A stretch of DNA of 15,304 bases, taken from assembly GCA_043228905.1 (NCBI GenBank), contig JBHGNT010000804.1:1-15304 (forward strand), in the 5' to 3' direction. Of this stretch, positions 1 through 10,749 are shown piece after piece; positions within the stretch are counted from its first letter, which is position 1, and the number at the start of each line of letters is the position of its first letter. The translations under genes were made by a program, and so were the position numbers. Source of the stretch: Azolla caroliniana. Taxonomy: Eukaryota; Plantae; Polypodiophyta. The notes beneath the pieces are model-generated. The model searched no databases, was not told where the DNA came from, and was given only the letters and a program-made list of their open reading frames with translations.

Positions 1-1274
1 GTCAGTCTTTTAGCCAACCATTCAACCAGTTCGTATGAAGTTCCGAACTGTAAAATGGCAGCTAATTCATGTGCTGCTGGTGGGATATCCAAGTACCCAT
101 GTGCTTCCCGAATTGCTACTTTTGAAGATTGTCCTTGGTGAGGTTGTGTCGAAACGCTCTCATTCCCTGGTTTTAGTACTTCTGTTACCACAGGCGTATT
201 CGAATTTTCATTTGTGCGTTGCCTTTTCGGCACTGATCCCTCACTGTTTTCTGGTTGGAATTGCCGATTAGCCTTTTGTTTAATCCTTGTTCTTTGTCGC
301 ATCTTCTCTGCTTGTTGTCGATTTTCTGTCGGCTGTTGCTTGTTTATCAAATTGTCAACTGTTTCTTGTTCTGCTACTGGTTGCCTGTTTTCGGAATTCT
401 CTGGTCTTGGTGGTTCCGACTGAGGCATATTTGTTTGTATATTATCGGCATGTGCCGATTCTTCTTCTATCCATTCTTCATGTACTACCTGTCGGTGTCT
501 TCATGGTGCTTGTACTATCGGTGGTCTTCTTGACTGAACAGGAGTTTCCGATTCTTGAATCGGAAACAATACCGATAACCAACGACCAAAAATTTGCTTC
601 ATCGGTTTTCCTGTTTTTACCCCTTGTAGCTGATCTCTCAGAGCTTCCCCCGACAATAGTGGCCAGTTGAAATCCTCTTTTTCGTATGCGGCTATGATAA
701 ACCCAGCCCTTTTTTTCGGCATACAATAAAAACGAGGACTGACAAATCCCACCTCTAATAAAAATCTAGCCACTTCATGAAAAAACTCATCCCGACCTCC
801 ATAAGTCTGATATGCTTTTGCCGAGGGTGAGTATTCCCCGAAATACGATTGGAGTGCTTCTGATGAAGGTTTTTTAACTGCCTCAAAGCCTCCTCTTGGC
901 ATCTGTAATGCATTTCGTATTTTCTTTGTGGTGATTTTGGTGATGTCTATTTGTTGTACCAATTCTTCCGCCTGGGGATGAGGTTCCGCTTCTGCTACTT
1001 TGATGAAACCTTGTAAGTTTCTCTCATGAAGCCACAATCGCAGTTCTTCAGATACAGGAATCAGCATGACTTCTGTGTTTCCTTGTTCTGAATCACTTGT
1101 CGATGACAGTTGCAGATCTGCACAGTTTCTGTAGCGATGAAAATCAGAAAAACAGAGTTTGGGCGAACTAGGGCACGAAGGAGGCTCAGACTGTTTCGAT
1201 ATCTGCACTAGTTTCTGTTGTTTTGGCGACACAGACGATACAGAAATATGCTTTAAAGATATTAACTTATGCAT
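1..1274 (-). pseudogene. Extra 3' ORF of element A (unknown function), interrupted by one nonsense codon and open at the window edge
   Basis: The 257-aa ORF 1274-501 ends at TGA (501-503). The same frame then continues with no stop to base 1 (RHRQVVHEEWIEEES...ELAAILQFGTSYELVEWLAKRL). It has a globular-looking N-terminal part followed by a Q/E/P-rich linker, and is on the same strand as gag-pol. Confidence 0.8.
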
Positions 1275-1363
1275 GATGACTTAAAGAATAGTAATTGCTA
1301 TTAATGTAGGAATTAATTAGTATTCACTCTACGTGTAGTGGTTGTACTCCTTAATTCCTCTTT

Positions 1364-1373
1364 CTATTTATAG
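1364..1373 (-). promoter_or_regulatory. Candidate internal TATA box upstream of the extra ORF
   Basis: CTATAAATAG on the minus strand lies in the spacer between the pol stop (1458) and the extra-ORF ATG (1274). Confidence 0.45.
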
Positions 1374-1457
1374 TCGATTCATACTGTTATGGCAAGATTG
1401 TATTTCTGCATTTGACAAGAACTATTGAGTGAGTTAGTTAGTTTTTTTTTTTTTTTT

Positions 1458-4400
1458 TTAAATTTTTATATTCTTTTTTTTTTTTTTTTTTAACTCTTCC
1501 GTTTGAATAAACGGATTTACCGGCATATCTCCCAAATACGGTTTAAGCCGAAATCCATTTACCCATTTCGGTAAAACCTCTCCGGTTAATGATCCCAGTT
1601 GGTACGTACCATTTTTACTATTAATTATCCATACTGGACCTGTCCATCTATACCGGAGTTTCCCAGGCATAAGTCCCATTCTCGTCTGGAATACCAATGC
1701 CGGTTTCCCAATTTCGAATTGCTCTTCCGATTTCCTTCGATGTCGATTTACGAATGCCTTGATTTGTCTCTGCTTGTGTTCTAGTGCTGACATTGATTGA
1801 ATCCGTTCTTCTTCTAATACTAATAAAGCCTCTTTGCGTATCTGCTCCGATTCTATTTCATTTAACTTATTCGTTGCTTGGATACGAAGTGTCGGAATTT
1901 GAAATTCGATCGGCATAACGGCTTCGAGTCCGAATGCCATTCGGAAAGGTGTTGATTTAATGGATGTTTTGTACGAAGTACGATATGCCCATAATGCACT
2001 ATTTAACTTTTGATCCCAATCAGTACGATTTTCATTCACTATCTTCTTTAAAATTGTTTGAATTGTTTTATTTGTCGATTCTGCCAATCCATTAGCTTGG
2101 GGATAGTAAGGCGTACTTTTCTTATGAACTACGGCATAGTAATTGGTTAATTCGTTAATTAACTTGTTAATAAAATGAGTGCCTTGATCGCTTACCAATT
2201 CTATTGGGCAACCGAATCGACACCATATATTCTCATACAGGAATTTTGCTGTGGATGCTGCTGTATTGTCCCTGAGAGCTTTTGCTTCAACCCATTTTGT
2301 GAAATAGTCAGTCGCAATTATGATATATCGATTACCGGTTCTTGCAGCTGCTGGTTTGAATGGGCCAACAAAATCTAAGCCCCATTTCTGAAATGGCTCA
2401 AGAGGTAAAACCGGTTTAAAAGGCATTCGATCCTTTTCGGTTGGTTGCCCCATTCTTTGACACAAATCGCATTTCTTACAGTATTCGTTAGCATCTTTCA
2501 TCACCGTTGGCCACCATAACCCGCTATTCCATATTTTTCTGGCTGTTGCTTCTCCTGCGTAATGACCGCCAGCAATTCCACAATGTGACTCTGTTAATAT
2601 GGCTGATTTTTCAAATTTTCGTACTGCCCTTCGCCATATTCCATCCGCTCCTTTATGATACAACATGTCATTAAATAAACAAAAATTCCGACTTCGTACT
2701 GCAATTCCTTTTCTTTCATCTGTCGACATGTGTTCGGCCGGAATTCCTGTTGATAGAAATATCGTCATTTCGGAAATCCATTCATCCTCTTTTTCCTCAT
2801 TCACTTCATGTGCTTTTACTGCCTCCACCCGAAATAATTGAGTATCTGGAAAATCATCTTTAACCCCAACCGCTTCTTCTCCAGACTCAAGCCGACTGAG
2901 ATAGTCAGCAATCGCGTGCTGTGCTCCTGGTCGATGTATAATGTCGAATTCAAACTCTTGAAGCAATAACGTCCATCGGGCTAACTTGCCTGTCAATTCT
3001 TGTTTGGAAACTAGATACAGTAAAGCCGAATGATCCACATGAAATGTAAATTTCTTACCCAAAAGGTAATGTCGAAATTTGTTCACACTATATATCATTC
3101 CCAAAGCTTCTCTTTCGGTTGTTGAATAGTTTCTTTCGGCCGACGAAAGTTTCCTACTGGCATAGTATACCGGCCTATACCAGTTTGGTTTGGATAATTG
3201 CATTAAAGCACTGCCTATGGCAATGTCCGACGCATCGACGAAAACATGAAATGGTTTGTTCCAGTCCGGTGGTTGAACTACCGGAACCTTCGTCAGCATC
3301 TTCTTGAGACATTCGTATGCATCTTGTTCTATACTTGTCCATATAAAAGGAACTTTGTGTACTGCTGTGTGTAACGGAATAGCAATGTCTGCTAGATATC
3401 TCATCATTCTACTGTGCCACCGAATTTGACCCAAAAATCTACTTAGAGCTTTAGCATTTGTTGGTGGTGTTGCCTCAATAATTGCTTTAACTTTGTCTGG
3501 GTCCACTGCAATCCCTTCTTGACTGACAATATGCCCAAGTAATGTACCACTCATTACTCCGAATGCGCATTTGGCTGGATTTAAACTAAGACGCCCTTTT
3601 CGACATTTTTCTAAACATAGCCGTAAATGCTCAAAATGATCAGCTTTCCGACTATATATTGCAAAATCATCTAAAAAACCCCGAATATTTCCTGTATTAC
3701 CCGCTGAAATGTAGCTGGAGCTGTTTTTAAACCGAACATCATGACTACTGCCACAAAGACACCCCATTCTGTGACGAAAGCTGTCTTTTCCTGATCTTCC
3801 GGATTCATCCGTACTTGGTTGTACCCACTGAACCCATCCAAGAAACTATAAATTTCATGTCCCGCTACTGCATCTAATATCCCATCTGTGAATGGCAACA
3901 GAAACGCATCCGTAATTGTCGCTGCATTCAATTTTCTGTAATCCACACATACGCGAATTTTCCCATTCTTTTTCGGGACTACTACTATCGGACTCAGCCA
4001 TGTTGATTTTTTGACGGGTCGAATAAATCCTACTTTTAAGAGTTTATCGATTTCTTCTTTTACTTTGATAGCATAATTCGGATTCAACCTGTACCTGCGT
4101 TGTTGTACTGGCTTTGCATCTTTATGCAAATGGATTTGATGTTGACAAAAAGCGGGATCCAGACCTTTCATATCGTCAAACGACCATGCAAAAACATCTT
4201 TATATTGTAATAGTAATGTTGTTAATGTCCGTTTGTCATTTACCGTCAAATCTCTAGCAATCAAGACTGTTTTTCTTTCAGCATCCTCTACTCCTGCCAA
4301 ATTGATCTCCTCCAATGCTGAGGCTTGCACTCTCTGAGATACCTTCATTTCCTTATCTGTAGCTTCTTGTTGCATTCGTATTTCTTTCATTGTTTGCTCA

Positions 4401-6958
4401 TCGATTGGCACTTCTTCGTGTGAGTCTACATATGGTGTTAATGCTTGCAAAATATCTACCTCAAATAGAGGGATGATTTTTTGATTATCATCAAAATACT
4501 GACTTTCTTCTTCCTCGTCCAATCCTTCCATCATATTAACTGCTTCTGCATGTACAGGTAAACTCTGTTTGCTTGTTGTCACTTTGTTGTGCGTCGGAAT
4601 CCTGACCTTATTTTTTCCTTTCCTAAATGTTAGCACATTTTGTTTCCAATTTTGTTTAATATTAGCTGTCTTTAACCATGGTCTCCCCAATAACAAGGGG
4701 TATGCTCCCTGTGTTTCTAACTGCAAAATTACTGCCGAAATCTGAAAATTGTGTCCCCCGATTATTACATCCAGTTGTCGAAGCAAACCAATCGGTCGTA
4801 CCGTACTTGTATCTGCCATTCGTAACCAAAACGGACATGCTTCCCATTCCGTGATTCCCAGTTTTTCACATGTAGTTTTGTTAATCACATTAACACCCGA
4901 GCCTCCATCTATAATCACATTTCCGATTTCTTGCCCGTAAAGTATTACCTTAATCGACGGATTCTGTTCATCCATGATCGAAGGGTTATTACTTGGCTGA
5001 TTGTAGTGTACTGCTATTTGTTCGGAACCTTTATATGCAATTAATGCTGCCACTTTTTCTGTAAACCTTGGTACTAACTTAAGTAAGCCCGTAAGTGGCA
5101 ATGACACTTGGCAATCAGCCAACAGTTTCCAAGTTTCTTCCTGTTCCTTATTCCCCAATGACTGTTGTACAGCGATATCCTGGTCAATGTTATTGTCTTG
5201 TAACATTCGATTCACATTACTTTGATTTGCTTCATCCACCCATTCTTTTGCCGCCTTCCGAACTTCTTCCTGAATTTCCCACTCTGATTGTTTGCTTTTG
5301 CTGCGTGTCGTTACTTGCTGAACTTCTGGTATTACCATATTAACTGCTGGACCCTTTCCTTTAACCGGACATTGATTAGCATAATGGCCTAGTTGTCGAC
5401 AAATGTAACAAGTGGGCACAAATGTTGCACTGGTCTCTCCATGTGCAAATTGCCCGTTATTAAATTGCTGCTCTTCATTACCATTCGGGTTTTGTTGGTA
5501 TTGACGTGTAGCTTTTGGTTTGTAAAATCTCTTGTTTTTATACCGATTCTGCCTAAATTGTTCAGTATTATCATTTGGTTGTGCTATATTGTGTGGTATC
5601 CCGAACTCCTGATTTGGCGGAAAATTACTCTGTTGAAACATTTGATTATTTTGTGGAACGGTTTGAGTATTATGTTGAAAAGTCATATTACCCGGTTGAA
5701 ATGCCGGATTTGGTTGAAATGTAGAATTCGGTTGCACATTCGGACAGTTCTGTTGAAACCCTTGAAATGGTGGGTTACCTTGTTGGAAACTTTGATTATT
5801 TTGTTGAAAATATTGATTCGGATTCTGTACGAATGGTGGGTTGGATTGAGCAAAACCTGGTTGAAATGCTTGAGGCACTTGAGTGGGTTGCATATTTTGT
5901 TGTGAAAAGATCTGATTTGGCTGTAGAACCGGATTCTGTTGTACATTTTGCTGATTTTGTGAAAAATTATTATTTTGATAACCATTGAACAGATTAGAGT
6001 TATTTTGGTAACCATTGTCAGCAAAAATTTGTCGTACTGACGCCGTAGTCTTATTAAGCAGATTATATTCACATTGTTCTACGGAATGTAATTTTGAATG
6101 ACATATTGTACAATGTGTTCTTAACGTACAGTCAATTGCCGAATGCCCCGTATTTAAACAAGTGGTGCATTGAACTGCTTGTCGAAATTGTAACTCCTCC
6201 ATTGTTGGTAATGTACGGTGTAATGCCGACATGTCCATACTCTGAACATTGACCGGTGGTCGACCCATTTCTATTGCTTTATCAATGACTTGTTCGATAG
6301 TCTGATTTCGAAAATCGAACACTTTCAATGTCGTCCTTAATGGTTCTTTTACAGCTTCTAGAAAGACTTCTTTTAATTCCTTATCCGGAATCGGCCTTGA
6401 AATCTGAAGCTGTAAGTTCTGAAATCGTATCACAAACTGAGATACTGTTTCATTTTTTTCTTGATATAATGCATAAAATTGCGCAATCAAATCCTTCTGC
6501 GGAATTTGTTGATGAAATAATTGTAAAAATTTACTAGTTAACACTTCAAAGGATGGAAATCCTTGAAGACCGTTCTACGCAAACCAATTAGCGGAATATC
6601 CGTCTAATGATAAGACGAACTCAGCGATTTTTGACTTATCTTCGGCATCTGCCGACAATCGCTGAGCTCCATGGTTAATCTCCCATGTCGTTAAGAAATC
6701 CCTAACATGTGCTTCCGCATCTGTTCCTTCCCGGAACTTAGAATAAGTATAAGGCATATCGTCCCAAATGTCGTAAAACGATACCTCTTCCGTCTGTTTT
6801 TCGTCTGAAGGTAATTGATCGGATAAGTCAGGAAGTTTTGACCACTTTGTGCTTGATTCCGGCTGTTCTTGCGCAATGAACGCTTGCTGCACTACCTTCG
6901 TAACTGACCTTGTACGAGGGCGCTTACAACTGACCGGTGCCTCCTCTTCATACGACAT
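1458..6958 (-). pseudogene. gag-pol: gag-pol polyprotein of element A, disrupted by an in-frame TAG (6575-6577) and a frameshifting deletion in RT (~3670-3685)
   Basis: Gag has three CX2CX4HX4C knuckles. Protease: IIDGGSGVN...LLLGRPWL. RT: SPIVVVPKK, VCVDYRKLN, LDGFSGYNQ, FGLKTAPATFQR, FLDD. RNase H: VDASD...EREAL...DH...ADYLSR. Integrase: H-H-C-C, LDFVGP, SDQG, NGLAES. ORFs 6958-6575 and 6544-3671 share one frame. Confidence 0.95.
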
Positions 6959-6993
6959 CCATTCGAATTGTTCTCTGCTTAAATGCAGATGTA

Positions 6994-7006
6994 ACCGGGC
7001 GTGCCA
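6994..7006 (-). other. Primer-binding site of element A (tRNA-Arg type)
   Basis: Minus-strand TGGCACGCCCGGT matches, from recall, the TGGCACGCCC(G/A)GTGGGAC tRNA-Arg PBS of plant Tat-like elements. It starts 11 nt after the apparent LTR end. Confidence 0.75.
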
Positions 7007-7017
7007 AAATTCTTCTG

Positions 7018-7474
7018 TGTTAATCGGCTAATTACTAACTACTACCGATACAGAAGAGTGAACGTCGCTACTCAACGTTCTAACAAGGAATTGTGTTTTA
7101 CGAACGGAATTATGCTATATTAATTGGTAATTACCATGATCGTTACTTAGTTATAAATTAGGAAGCTTGCACTTAAGATCATAGACAATAGAAGGAACAC
7201 AGAATCCGTACAAGATATTCCTAACTTAAACTTATATTACTAAATAAAACGACCTTTCTTACAATGCCTTCGGTTCCCTTTTATAGGTATACCGAAGGTC
7301 TTTTCTCATCAAGAACTATTCCTACTTACTATCAAGATTTACAAAATTATCTAACTAACTTAGTTCTCTTCGTTTACTGCTGAGTCATTGATCCGAACAG
7401 TCGATCCGAACCGACTCTGTTTTCGACGCTTTCCCACTTGTTCAGTAAAACTGACTGTCCGGGTCCGGGTAACA
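7018..7474 (-). repeat. 5' LTR of element A (457 bp)
   Basis: Termini are TGTTACCCGG...CCGATTAACA on the minus strand (8/10 inverted match). A minus-strand TATA, CCTATAAAAG, is at 7278-7287. There is a sharp junction into foreign integrase sequence at 7475. Confidence 0.85.
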
Positions 7475-8328
7475 CTTACCAATCAAGTTGAAGGGTGAGC
7501 ATTGAGAACTAAAGAAACATCATCAGTATGCAAATTTCTTCTTGAAGATGTTATTTGCAGATATGGATGTGTCGGCAAGATAGTGGCTGATAGAGGCGAA
7601 CTGGACGCTAATGAAGCTAGAGAATTCTTCTCTAGGATGGGAATCAAACTATCTCTTACCATGGCATATAATCCGGAAGCAAATGGGAAGGTGGAACGTG
7701 GACATGGACCGATTGTGAAGGCTCTAGTGAAAGCTTGCCATGGGAAAATAGGAGAATGGCCACGTCTATTGCCATTTGCACTATGGGTTGACAGGACTAC
7801 TCATAGCACAGTGACGGGATACACGCCGACAGAGCTCATATTCAGACAAAAGCCGATAATGCCTATAGAACAAAGTATTATTTCATGGTTTGCATTGTCA
7901 TGGCAAGATGATATAAGTAGAGAAGATCTTCTAGCATTGAGGATTCGACATTTGGAGCGGAATTTGGAAGATATAGAGGTGGCTAAAGTGTGGCTAAAGA
8001 ATACAAGGCTAAAGAACAAGAAAGACTTCGATAAACGACATCGACTTCGCCCGAGGAAAATCATTGAAGGAGATTGGGTGCTAGTCTATGACAGTAGCCT
8101 AGACAACCAACATAGTACGGCTCGAAAATTTTCACAACGATGGTTTGGACCATATGTGGTGAAGAAAGTGGAAGAAAATGCAACATATCATTTAGTAGAA
8201 TTGGATGGTACACGACTTGCCTTGCCAATTGCCAGTAAAGAGTCAAGATCTTCAAGAGAAGAGATAGAATAGAAATTGGATTCAAAGCTTTTGACGATTC
8301 TGTCTTGGGCATTGATGAAAAAGTATAG
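7475..8328 (+). pseudogene. pol: Integrase (catalytic core and GPY/F region) of element B
   Basis: LTNQVEG*ALRTK...IVADRGEL...YNPEANGKVERGH...RWFGPYVV. There is a TGA at 7496-7498. An apparent 1-bp loss near 8238 shifts RVKIFKRR into another frame that stops at 8328. Confidence 0.9.
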
Positions 8329-8383
8329 TAAACAAAAGTGGAGCCTCACTGACATTGGCACATACCGGTGGATGTGCAGGTTT

Positions 8384-8395
8384 GGTGGGGGCGAA
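8384..8395 (+). other. Polypurine tract of element B
   Basis: GGTGGGGGCGAA lies immediately before the LTR-opening TGTCGTG. Confidence 0.75.
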
Positions 8396-8716
8396 TGTCG
8401 TGTGAATCTTCACACATTATGTAAAAAAAAAATGAAACAATTGTTTTAGATTAGATTAGTAGCTTGTTATAGAAATATGGATGTACTCAAGAGGTTCATA
8501 ACGCATTTTACTACATACAAAATAGACAACTACATATCAAGTTAGGTGGAGATGAAGCTTGAGAAGATAGGGAAAATACAGTTTTGAAGTATCCCTCATA
8601 GATAGGAAATTTAAGGACCTGGTTATATAAGCACATTGAGATCCCTCATTTTTCATTTGTGCTAAGAACACTTTGGCCACTTTGTCTTGATGGATGATGG
8701 TGGCCAAGTTCCCAAA

Positions 8717-9327
8717 AACCGGAAACCGGCCGGTAAGCAAAACTGGAATCGGCTGGAAAGCAATCTGGAACCGGCCGGTAAGCAATCCGGAACTGGTTGG
8801 TAAGCAATCCAGAACTGGGCGGAAAGCAACTTGGACCCAGGCGGTAAGCAAACTGGAACCGGGTGGTAAGCAATTCGGAACTGGGCGGTAAGCAAACCGG
8901 AACGGGCCGGAAAGCAAACCCGAACGGGCTGGTAAGCAATCTAGAATCGGCCTGTAAGCAAACCGGAACCGGCCGGCAAGCAAATTGGAACCGACCAGCC
9001 GGTAAGCAATCCAGAATCGGCCGGTAAGCAAACCGGAACCGGCCGGATAGCAATCCGAAACCGGGCGGTAAGTAAACTGGAACGGGCCGGAAAGCAAACC
9101 GGAACGGGCCGGTAAGCAATCCAGAACCGGCCTGTAAGCAAACGGGAACCGGTTGGGAAGCAAACGGGAATCGGCCAGTAAGCAATGCGGAACCGGTTGG
9201 TAAGCAAATCGAAACCAGCCGGAAAGCAATCCGGAACCGGCCGTAAGCAAATCGGAACCGGCCGGTAAGCAATCCGGAACCGACCGGTAAGCAATCCGGA
9301 ACCGGTCAGTAAGCAAATCGGAACCGG
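8717..9327. repeat. Tandem array of a ~22-bp unit (consensus about CCGGTAAGCAATCCGGAACCGG), roughly 27-28 copies
   Basis: Head-to-tail degenerate copies with no unique spacers, inside LTR B. Confidence 0.95.
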
Positions 9328-9465
9328 CGAAATCGGCAATCGGATGGTGTTAGAAACCGGGCGGATCCGACAACCGGCGACGATCGTGACGGACAGATGA
9401 TAGGATCATGTGGCTAATTAAAGTGAAGTGAAGAAAACTAAAGTAAAGGTCATGTGGACGGTCGC

Positions 9466-9557
9466 ATGCAACTAAAAGAAAAGGCTAGGCAACTAAAATT
9501 AGATGCAACTAAAAGAAAAAGCTATGCAACTAAAAGTAGAGGCCATGCAACAAAAAG
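9466..9557. repeat. Five loosely spaced (AT)GCAACTAAAA repeats in LTR B
   Basis: The motif recurs about every 16-21 bp. Confidence 0.8.
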
Positions 9558-9672
9558 TGGACATGCATATGATCAATGGCGGGCTCTCCATATATTTTTA
9601 ATCTTATTTTCTTTTCCTTCTTAGCTCTTTTATCTTATCGAGGCAAAGAACCCTAAATTTCCTTACAAAAGT

Positions 9673-9790
9673 CATAAACCTTAATTTTCCTTACAGAAGC
9701 CATATCTCTCATAAACCCTAATTTTCCCTACGGAAGCCACATCTCTCATAAACCCTAATTTTCCCTACGAAAGCCATATAATTTTCCTAT
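9673..9790. repeat. 37-bp tandem repeat (about 3 copies) carrying AAACCCTAA
   Basis: AAACC(C/T)TAATTTTCC starts at 9676, 9713 and 9750. A partial copy lies near 9648. Confidence 0.85.
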
Positions 9791-10030
9791 CGAATCCGTA
9801 TCTTAGTTTTTTCGAATCTATTATTCTAGTAATCTCCATAAGCTAAAACTTTTGTAATCCCAATCTTGGGATTGATTGTAATCTTTCTTTTCCTTTGTTA
9901 ATGAAATTTGTCAATCTTTCTTATTTTTCAGTTAATTCTTAGTACATAAACATACAAATCTGATATCCTCTAGTCGGAGGCCCTGGGGTCCTGCTTCAAG
10001 TTCATGTATCCTTGTCGTATTTTCACGACA

Positions 10031-10251
10031 GCATGTTAGTCAATGGTTGGTAGCAAATTCGATCGATCTCCATTGGCGAGCGAGAATCTGTGGCGAGAGT
10101 AGAAGATGAAGTGGAGGATGACATGGGAGGCGGAGTCGTCAACCATGGTAGGTGACTTCGCGTATCGGTTGGCCAAGGTAGATGGATCCGGTGAGGACGC
10201 TGTCGTGGTGTACTTTGTACACTACGTAAAATATGTGTGGAGTACCCGATA
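10031..10251 (+). mobile_element. Remnant of an older B-related element (3' region, PPT-like tract and start of an LTR at 10201)
   Basis: GGTGAGGACGC|TGTCGTGGTGTACTTTGTACACTACGTAAAA aligns by eye with B's GGTGGGGGCGAA|TGTCGTGTGAATCTTCACACATTATGTAAAA. Confidence 0.5.
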
Positions 10252-10669
10252 GACTAAGTATAAAGAAATAGGAGAAATACTACAATAATTATGTTACATG
10301 CATAGGGCAAGGATTGAACCCTCTACCTCCATGTTAACAATTTTAAGCCTTACCACTGTACTAGCATATTATGTGTTTTAAAGTTATACTAAACTTCATC
10401 CCATGTAAACATTCTAGATAAGCATGATAGAAAAAGTTATTCATGCATCACTATATAAGGAAGAGAGAGAGATGTATAGGGGTTGCTGATTTTTTATAAG
10501 GGCAGATTAATATTAAATATTCGTGGGATTCACGATTTTGCCATCTATTTCTCTTTTAAAATCTAAGTATCAATTAATACACTATACTCGTGGGATTCAT
10601 GAGTTTCATATCTTCATCTTGCAATCTATTCATAACTAACCTTATCTCATATTCTTCTTTCTCTTAGTC
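10252..10669. mobile_element. Possible MITE-like non-autonomous insertion (~418 bp)
   Basis: AT-rich island bounded by imperfect inverted repeats, GACTAAGTATAAAGAAATAGGAGA versus the reverse complement of the right end, GACTAAGAGAAAGAAGAATATGAGA. No clean TSD. Confidence 0.45.
10303..10365 (-). other. Degenerate tRNA-like segment with Pol III A and B boxes
   Basis: The minus strand has TAGTACAGTGGTA (10363-10351, A-box-like) and GGTTCAATCC (10320-10311, B-box-like) 30 nt apart. The cloverleaf stems are poor. Confidence 0.5.
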
Positions 10670-10749
10670 CAAAAACCCTAGCGGTTCCCACCTCACTCAC
10701 GCAAACGATCTGGAGTGAAAGGCCCGACGTGAAAACGGGTGGCAAGGAG

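Larger units (their letters stand above)
1..7474 (-). mobile_element. Element A: Ty3/gypsy LTR retrotransposon, non-chromovirus type with 3' extra ORF; 3' end lies outside the window
   Basis: The minus strand reads LTR (7474-7018), PBS, gag, PR, RT, RNase H, integrase, extra ORF. PR-RT-RH-IN is the Ty3/gypsy order. No chromodomain follows the integrase. Confidence 0.95.
7475..10030 (+). mobile_element. Element B: 3' part of a different Ty3/gypsy element (integrase, PPT, 3' LTR), interrupted by A
   Basis: Integrase core with a GPY motif, then a G-rich tract, then an LTR bounded by TGTCGTG...CACGACA. Confidence 0.9.
8396..10030 (+). repeat. 3' LTR of element B (1635 bp)
   Basis: Perfect 7-bp terminal inverted repeat TGTCGTG / CACGACA, directly after the PPT. 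Confidence 0.8.

Noticed and set aside
35-670. Hydrophobic plus-strand ORFs as an env-like membrane protein
   Set aside because: They are antisense shadows of the purine-rich extra ORF; the same applies to the short ORFs opposite gag-pol and opposite D's ORF.
1442-1491. Poly-Lys C-terminus of pol as an NLS, or the A-runs as a retroposed poly(A) tail
   Set aside because: Homopolymer length is unreliable because of slippage or sequencing error, and no TSD is visible.
3665-3690. G_GTT_TTT before the stop of ORF 6544-3671 as a programmed -1 frameshift
   Set aside because: It lies in the RT core, and about 8 residues normally found between ...IF and VFxDD are missing, so a ~25-nt deletion is the simpler explanation.
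6575-6577. TAG read-through within gag of A
   Set aside because: It is inside the capsid-like region and has no recognised read-through context; a CAG>TAG mutation is more likely.
8537-9339. Overlapping ORFs of 259, 208 and 132 aa, and a possible CRISPR-like array
   Set aside because: The ORFs are by-products of a 22-bp tandem repeat inside an LTR. The units are head-to-tail with no unique spacers, and there are no cas genes.
10303-10365. Functional tRNA gene
   Set aside because: A and B boxes are present but the acceptor, anticodon and T stems do not pair properly.
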